This document shows positions 45,810 through 50,954 of a DNA stretch of 50,954 bases, in pieces. The position numbers were made by a program, and so were the translations under genes. The DNA is from Thermoplasmata archaeon (GTDB lineage: Archaea > Thermoplasmatota > Thermoplasmata > Sysuiplasmatales > Sysuiplasmataceae): assembly GCA_021811925.1 (NCBI GenBank), contig JAKAPY010000001.1:1-50954 (forward strand), given 5' to 3'. Every line of letters starts with the position of its first letter. Position 1 is the stretch's first letter. The notes under the pieces are model-generated. The model saw only the letters and a program-made list of their open reading frames with translations, did not search any database and was not told the DNA's origin.

Positions 45810-46679
45810 ATGAGTTTGACAGTTTCAGGAAGCAGGACCGAGATTCCGATGAAGCGGATTCCGGTCACGCAATTATTCTCCATTCAAGCAACTGTCGGAG
45901 GCAATCACGATGCAAGATTCATTTTTGACACAGGGATAGGCCTGTCTCTTGTATCAGGCAGCCTTGCAGAGAGGGTTCATTGCAGTCCTGTGGGAAAATC
46001 ATTCACCGGCAGGAGAATGTCCGGGCAGGAGGTTACTATGCCCCTGGTTTCACTCGAATCCCTTGCCGTAGGTCCCGTTGTCAGGGAGAATGCCATTGCA
46101 GGCTTGTTCGACATCTTCGGGGATGGAACACAGATGCCCGAGGGTTTTGCCGGAATCGAGGGCTTCCTCTCTCCTGCTTTCTTTGAAGGTGTTCCATTCA
46201 CATTGGAACTTGCAAACGAGAGAATCCTGGTCGAAAGCGACCAGTCCCTGCCACTCATCCAGAAAACAGGAAAAAGCGTTCCCTTGAGAGTTGAAAGTGA
46301 CGGGCCTTCCGTCACTATGTTTGTTGATTTGCTGCTGCCTGACGGAGAAGTCGCCGTTGTCGAGGTAGACACTGGATCAGACATTCTGATATTGAACAAA
46401 AGATACATGCATCGACTGGGTATCGAGGTGTCAGGAAAGGCAACGACAAAAATAGAGGGGAAGGACGAAACGGGCCACGGTTATGTCAGGTATCGGGCCC
46501 CCGTCAGCGGAACAGTGTGTACCGAGTCGCAACATGACCTGTTTCAGGCGGCGCCAGAAGTGATGTTTCAGGAAATAATCTATGACGGACTTGTTGGTGT
46601 CGACTTTCTGAAGCGCTTTGCAGTGACGTTCAACATTGCAGGCTCCGAACTGATATTCAGCAAGCCAGAATGGGAATGA
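45810..46679 (+). CDS. Single-chain protein with two retropepsin-like aspartic protease lobes
   Basis: There are two D-T-G motifs in hydrophobic context: FIFDTGIGLSLVS (DTG at 45927-45935) and VVEVDTGSDILIL (DTG at 46368-46376). They are about 147 aa apart. ATG 45849 is an alternative start. Confidence 0.62.
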   Translation: MSLTVSGSRTEIPMKRIPVTQLFSIQATVGGNHDARFIFDTGIGLSLVSGSLAERVHCSPVGKSFTGRRMSGQEVTMPLVSLESLAVGPVVRENAIAGLFDIFGDGTQMPEGFAGIEGFLSPAFFEGVPFTLELANERILVESDQSLPLIQKTGKSVPLRVESDGPSVTMFVDLLLPDGEVAVVEVDTGSDILILNKRYMHRLGIEVSGKATTKIEGKDETGHGYVRYRAPVSGTVCTESQHDLFQAAPEVMFQEIIYDGLVGVDFLKRFAVTFNIAGSELIFSKPEWE

Positions 46680-46748
46680 CTCCTGGTTTTGTGTTTCGTT
46701 CACGCTCCAAAGGCCACGTTGTCTTCAGGTCTCGCGCCCGGTTGACTT

Positions 46749-47942
46749 CTACGTCCCCTGTCCGGATGCTGCCGCTGCCGGTTTGCGGCCCGCATATTCC
46801 ATGCTGTAGAAGGCGAAAGCTGCAACAGCCGTTATCGCACAGGCAACATACATTATACCCAAGTAACTCTGGAATGTGCTTGTTCCAAAGCCAGCAACTG
46901 TATCAGCAAGCGCACCCCCGGCCAGGGGCCCCCCTATCCCTGAGAGTGCCATCACAGAAGAGAGCATGCCTGCTGCCGTTCCTCTTTCACGTGACCGTTC
47001 AACAACGAAGCGCAGGCCACCCACGTACATGAAAGACCATGATACGCCCAGCAGCAGCTGAGTCGCCATGAGTTCGACGTAATTTGATACAAACGTGAAC
47101 GAAAGGAAGGTGAGTGAAGACATGCTTATGCCTGCAAGAATGAGCGTATTTGCTTTCATTCTGCCGGTCAGGTAATGCATCGAAAGGACCTGTATGATGG
47201 AGTTGAACACATAGACAACGGAAACAAGTGCCAGCCTCTGTCCGTAAGAGTAGGTCGCCGGTGTAAGCGCGAAGCAGAAAATTGGGAATATCGCCCATAT
47301 TGCCGTGGCGCCGAAATGTCTCAATGCGAGCGAAATGTAAGCCGCCCTTCCTTTTGAAAATGCCCCAACGGGTATGAAACGCATTCTGCCCGTCCTTCCA
47401 TGTCCTCTCGGCGCGCTGAGTGACAGGAAGAATGCGGCAAGCAGCAGAACAGAGGAAGTCAGGAAAACCGGATCAATCAGCGCTCTTCCCGCCGTCCTGC
47501 CAGCCAGCAGATAGACAATTGTACCGGCCAGCGCCTGCCCTATTGCCCCTCCTAGCGAGGCATACGAACTGAAACTGCCGATATCCCTCTTCAAATCTAT
47601 CGCGTAGGCTATCAGCGAACTGCTTGAGCCCGCAGACAGGCCAAGAAAGAATCGTACGACAAGAAGCTCTGTTGGGTTTGCCGCTATCAGCTGCAGGAAT
47701 GCAAATGCCGCAGCCACGGACAGACTCACTGCCAGCACTCCCCTTCTTCCGTAAAAGTCCGAGAGGCGGCCCAGGGTAAAGTTGCTCAGCAGGAGAGCAA
47801 CGCTGTATGAGGATACAATCGCGCCGATTTGGGCGCTGCCTGCCCCCATGTTGACAGCATATATGGGCACAAACAGCGAGGATGACGTGTAAGCTATGTT
47901 GGTGAATAGCTGCATATGCAGATCGCTGTTTCTAGGGCTCAT
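46749..47942 (-). CDS. MFS transporter
   Basis: 397 aa with about 12 hydrophobic helices. The loop 2-3 motif GRLSDFYGRRG is characteristic of the major facilitator superfamily. Confidence 0.8.
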   Translation of the reverse strand: MSPRNSDLHMQLFTNIAYTSSSLFVPIYAVNMGAGSAQIGAIVSSYSVALLLSNFTLGRLSDFYGRRGVLAVSLSVAAAFAFLQLIAANPTELLVVRFFLGLSAGSSSSLIAYAIDLKRDIGSFSSYASLGGAIGQALAGTIVYLLAGRTAGRALIDPVFLTSSVLLLAAFFLSLSAPRGHGRTGRMRFIPVGAFSKGRAAYISLALRHFGATAIWAIFPIFCFALTPATYSYGQRLALVSVVYVFNSIIQVLSMHYLTGRMKANTLILAGISMSSLTFLSFTFVSNYVELMATQLLLGVSWSFMYVGGLRFVVERSRERGTAAGMLSSVMALSGIGGPLAGGALADTVAGFGTSTFQSYLGIMYVACAITAVAAFAFYSMEYAGRKPAAAASGQGT

Positions 47943-48124
47943 CCGCGCACTGTCTTAGGGCAGCCATACTTAAACTTTTGACTCTGATTCTTCGATACGA
48001 TGGTATGTGCAGCCACCGGGCAGATGTTTACCCTGCATCGGTAACAGCTCCAAAAATCGGCCCGTTGCCGGTTCGGCATTTGGAAAGCATGCAATGTGCC
48101 AGGAAGCAAAGGGCCGCGGTGCGT

Positions 48125-50716
48125 TCAGGCCGTTTTTGATTTCCTCAGCAGAAGGCTCAGTCCCAATGCAATCATCATTGACCCCGGAATTATGAGTATG
48201 TAGCCGCCGGAAGTGTTTGCATTCGAGTACGAGATGAAGGCACCGGCATACAATGCCAGACCCAGCAGCATCGAGGCCGTTGCCGCGGCATTGTGTCGCT
48301 TCCTCTTCATGACCATGCCTCCTTCCGTCCCGAGCGCAACCTTTGACTGAACTGTCCGGTCAGTGCCTGCACTGTCCATTGCCGTCATCCGTCTCAGTTT
48401 CATCCCAGGCGGCTCTGCGGCAGCCGCGATCGCCTTCGGGGCAGCTTCCTGCCTGGCAGTGACTGTCGAAGGGCCCTTGTTCAACAATTCCGCAACCCTC
48501 GTCGAAACCCTGTCCGATATGTCGCTGGACATTGTCTCGAGTTTGGCGTCGAGTTCATTCTTGAGCACCAGTCTGTCTGTGAGCGACTTGACCTCCCTTT
48601 TCACTGCGAATATCTGGTCTTCCATGTCGCTCCTGATATCCTCAATGCTTGCCCTGAGCTCGTTACGGACGCTCACTTCGCTGGAGAGCGCTTCCACTCT
48701 GCCATACAGTGTTTCGAGGCTTGCGTTTAATCGCATAATGCCGTCTTTCACCTGTTCCAGATTTGCAAGATCGGGTGATTTCGGCTCCCGCTCAACAGCA
48801 CCGTGGACAATTTCCTGCTGCGCCATTCCTGCCCCGATTTTCTTCCTGAGCTCAAACAGCCGATCCTCTATGCCAACAATCTTATCTTCAAGATTTTTCA
48901 GCCCATCACCCGCGGGTGCTGCGATACGCTCATCTGAACTGGGCTGCATGCTGACTGCTACCATTGTTTCTTCAGCGGCGCCGGCCATGGATATGCTGCG
49001 GCCGTCGCTCCCCGCAGGCACACCGGCTTCCTTCTCCAGGGCGGAGTCGATGATTATGACGCCTGGATTCGGTTGGGATTCACCGGCTGGTGTGCCGCTC
49101 ATCGTATCTTCACTTTTCACTGCGGGGGCTGCGGGAAGGGCGATATTTGCGGTCTTCCTTGTTTGCCTGTTCTGTCCCTTAAGCATCGAAGAGCCGGCTC
49201 TCGAAGCAAATGTGAATGCGAATGTGGAAACGACTATCGAGGTGAGCGCAAGAACGTAAATTGTACCCGAAGAGCTGGTCTGTGTCTGCAGCAGCAGGAC
49301 GGAAATTGCCGCCACCGTTACGCCTCGTGGCATCGTGGCACCCACAAGCTTGAAGTCCTTTCTGAAACTCTCTTTGTTTTTTCTGCTGTAGAACGCAAGT
49401 GGAAGTCCGAACGCACCGCTGAGATACCGCAGGCCAATAAAGATCGGGACCATCAGCAGTATCAGCGCAATTGCACCATTCACCTCGTTCGGAGGAATGG
49501 GAGGCAGGCCCTGCGGGGGGGAGAAGAGCATAAGGCCGAGCTCGATCCCGACGCTGAAGTAGAATACTATCCGGATGAGCAGCTCTATTTCATCGTGGAA
49601 GAGCATCATTCCAGTGAATGTCCTCTTTCCCTGCAGAGATGAATCACTCTCGTAACTCTTTCTTCCACCCCCGGGGAAAAGATATCCTATGAAAAAGCCC
49701 AGATATATCAGTGCGATCAGGGCAAAGAGTGCGTTCGCAAAACCGGCAAACGAAGTGAGTTTCAGCATTTCCTCAAAAACAAGCAGTCCTATTCCCAGGA
49801 CAATTCCGTAGATGATCATGCCCATCCTCATCTGCTTCTCGCTGAACTCCGTTACATCCGTCGAACGGCGTATTTCTATGTCATCGGTGGAGGTGGGAAA
49901 AGGCTTCCTCAGGTAGAGCACTGCATAAGGCTCTATGCCCGACTTGTTTCCGCCTGAAAGTCTGCGCTTGACAAAGAAGACAATTGTCCTTGAGCTCACA
50001 TACACAATAATTGGGATTCCTGCAAGAGCGAAGACAAGCACCACAAGATGGTAGTCAATGACGCTTGACAGCGCACTGGCAGTTGTCTGAAGGAAGACGG
50101 GGATCGTAGGCGAATTATTCCCGATGAATATCTGGTTATAGAAAACCGCTACCATGAGCAGGAGTACGATGCTGTTCATGGTGGATTCCAGTTTTATGAC
50201 ACTAGTGAGTTTTGTCAGATGTTCTGTTTTGGATGCCCGTTCCGCTGAAAGGTTTGTGATGTGACTGAGATACGGGACCACGACCGCAGCGGAAGTCTCA
50301 CCAATTATCGAACCGAACAGAGCACCGAGCGCCCATGGCCATCCAAGCAGCAGCTGGCAGACATAGGCAAAGACGACCGCCGATGAAACGATGTCCACTA
50401 CCGCCATCATTATGCCACCGGCGGCCACTCTAAGGCCCGACCCCCGCAGCTGTTTTGCATCACGGCCGAGCTTGAGCCCCGTCCCCAGGTATATCAGCAC
50501 CAGGACTGTGTCTGTAATCAGCGGTATTGAAAAAAACTGTATGAATGAGACGAAGGTCTGCGGCACGGCAATGAAATTGTACACCATGAGGAATGCGAAT
50601 CCCACACCCCCAATAACAAGAAGCAGGACCTGGAATGCCACACCCGCCACAAATTCATAGATGGCAAAGGTCAGAATGGAACCTATCAGTATGAGGTACG
50701 TTGCGAAAAGCAGCAC
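48125..50716 (-). CDS. Cation/proton antiporter-like membrane domain fused to a coiled-coil region and a C-terminal TM hairpin
   Basis: 863 aa with a GTG start. Residues 1 to about 508 are polytopic with Na+/H+ exchanger-like segments (LGALFGSIIGETSAAVVVPYL; LESTMNSIVLLLMVAVF). Residues about 509-605 are a P/A/G/S-rich linker. Residues about 606-747 (nt about 48476-48901) are heptad-like and E/K/R/L-rich. The last 60 aa carry two hydrophobic helices. Confidence 0.75.
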   Translation of the reverse strand: MLLFATYLILIGSILTFAIYEFVAGVAFQVLLLVIGGVGFAFLMVYNFIAVPQTFVSFIQFFSIPLITDTVLVLIYLGTGLKLGRDAKQLRGSGLRVAAGGIMMAVVDIVSSAVVFAYVCQLLLGWPWALGALFGSIIGETSAAVVVPYLSHITNLSAERASKTEHLTKLTSVIKLESTMNSIVLLLMVAVFYNQIFIGNNSPTIPVFLQTTASALSSVIDYHLVVLVFALAGIPIIVYVSSRTIVFFVKRRLSGGNKSGIEPYAVLYLRKPFPTSTDDIEIRRSTDVTEFSEKQMRMGMIIYGIVLGIGLLVFEEMLKLTSFAGFANALFALIALIYLGFFIGYLFPGGGRKSYESDSSLQGKRTFTGMMLFHDEIELLIRIVFYFSVGIELGLMLFSPPQGLPPIPPNEVNGAIALILLMVPIFIGLRYLSGAFGLPLAFYSRKNKESFRKDFKLVGATMPRGVTVAAISVLLLQTQTSSSGTIYVLALTSIVVSTFAFTFASRAGSSMLKGQNRQTRKTANIALPAAPAVKSEDTMSGTPAGESQPNPGVIIIDSALEKEAGVPAGSDGRSISMAGAAEETMVAVSMQPSSDERIAAPAGDGLKNLEDKIVGIEDRLFELRKKIGAGMAQQEIVHGAVEREPKSPDLANLEQVKDGIMRLNASLETLYGRVEALSSEVSVRNELRASIEDIRSDMEDQIFAVKREVKSLTDRLVLKNELDAKLETMSSDISDRVSTRVAELLNKGPSTVTARQEAAPKAIAAAAEPPGMKLRRMTAMDSAGTDRTVQSKVALGTEGGMVMKRKRHNAAATASMLLGLALYAGAFISYSNANTSGGYILIIPGSMMIALGLSLLLRKSKTA

Positions 50717-50954
50717 TTCTTCAGTTGACGGATAACTTGGGATGGCAGTCGTTTCAGCACTTCTCCCTATCCTCGACTTCTTCTGCGTCTTCTATACGCA
50801 TTTCAGGCGGATGACGGATCATCCTTTCCAGTTGGGTTCGTGATATAAAAAGGGTAAAGACCTGATTATCATCCAGAGGTCCAGCATTTCACCTGCGTTC
50901 ACATCAGGAGTACTATTTTGTTTTCTTTCCAATTATTACAAGGTGCAATTCATG

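Noticed and set aside
48363-49259. Long plus-strand ORF (298 aa) antisense to the antiporter/coiled-coil gene. Similar long antisense ORFs lie at 16501-17214, 20880-21545, 8437-9222, 13752-14324, 14796-15383 and 32240-33286.
   Set aside because: The translations are S/L/A/P-rich and low-complexity with no recognisable motifs. Each lies opposite a gene with strong family signatures, and 32240-33286 even runs across three unrelated genes. The most likely explanation is stop-codon depletion on the antisense strand caused by sense-strand codon usage.
1-50954. Search for CRISPR arrays, transposases, integrases, prophage genes, toxin-antitoxin pairs, and tRNA or rRNA genes.
   Set aside because: I saw no regularly spaced direct repeats, no recombinase- or transposase-like ORFs, and no tRNA- or rRNA-like sequences in the intergenic regions I read. 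The window appears to be core chromosome rather than a mobile or defence island.

Overview
This 50.9 kb window is a chromosomal segment from an archaeon. The markers are TFB, Orc1/Cdc6, an archaeal-type ThrRS editing domain, split GMP synthase subunits, a stand-alone RAM-domain protein and TATA-like promoters about 25-30 nt from start codons. Finer lineage cannot be set without a database search. GC content looks moderate (not computed), coding density is high, and many neighbouring genes overlap by 4 nt (ATGA/GTGA). I saw no rRNA, tRNA, CRISPR array, transposase or integrase.

Gene content is mostly housekeeping:
- Translation and replication: thrS (partial), asnS, tfb, orc1/cdc6.
- Lysine biosynthesis by the aminotransferase route: dapA-dapB-lysA-dapL.
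- Methyl cycle: ahcY plus a PfkB kinase.
- Purine and riboflavin steps: guaA subunits A and B, and a RibD-C type reductase.
- A glycosylation cluster: GT4, a VTT/DedA-like membrane protein, GT4, and a sequon-rich membrane-anchored FKBP.
- Two cation/proton antiporters, an MFS transporter, an HtrA protease and several small regulators.

Observations most worth a second look:
1. A near-complete late haem pathway of the coproporphyrin-dependent type (chdC/hemQ-hemE-hemH, hemY, hemB-hemC-hemD), on the same contig as unambiguous archaeal markers.
2. A 1124-aa protein made of about seven tandem GAF-like modules with no recognisable output domain.
3. A roughly 530 bp non-coding island with clustered GTGGCAAC repeats and a 20 bp palindrome.
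4. An NhaP-like antiporter fused to a long coiled coil and a C-terminal transmembrane hairpin.
5. An orphan beta-class DNA methyltransferase with a roughly 200-aa C-terminal extension.
6. A single-chain double retropepsin-like protein.
7. HAD-like and Nudix-like proteins whose catalytic motifs are substituted.

All functional calls rest on motif and family recognition by eye from the translated ORFs. No searches were run. Many start codons are uncertain; where I trimmed a track ORF this is stated in the evidence.
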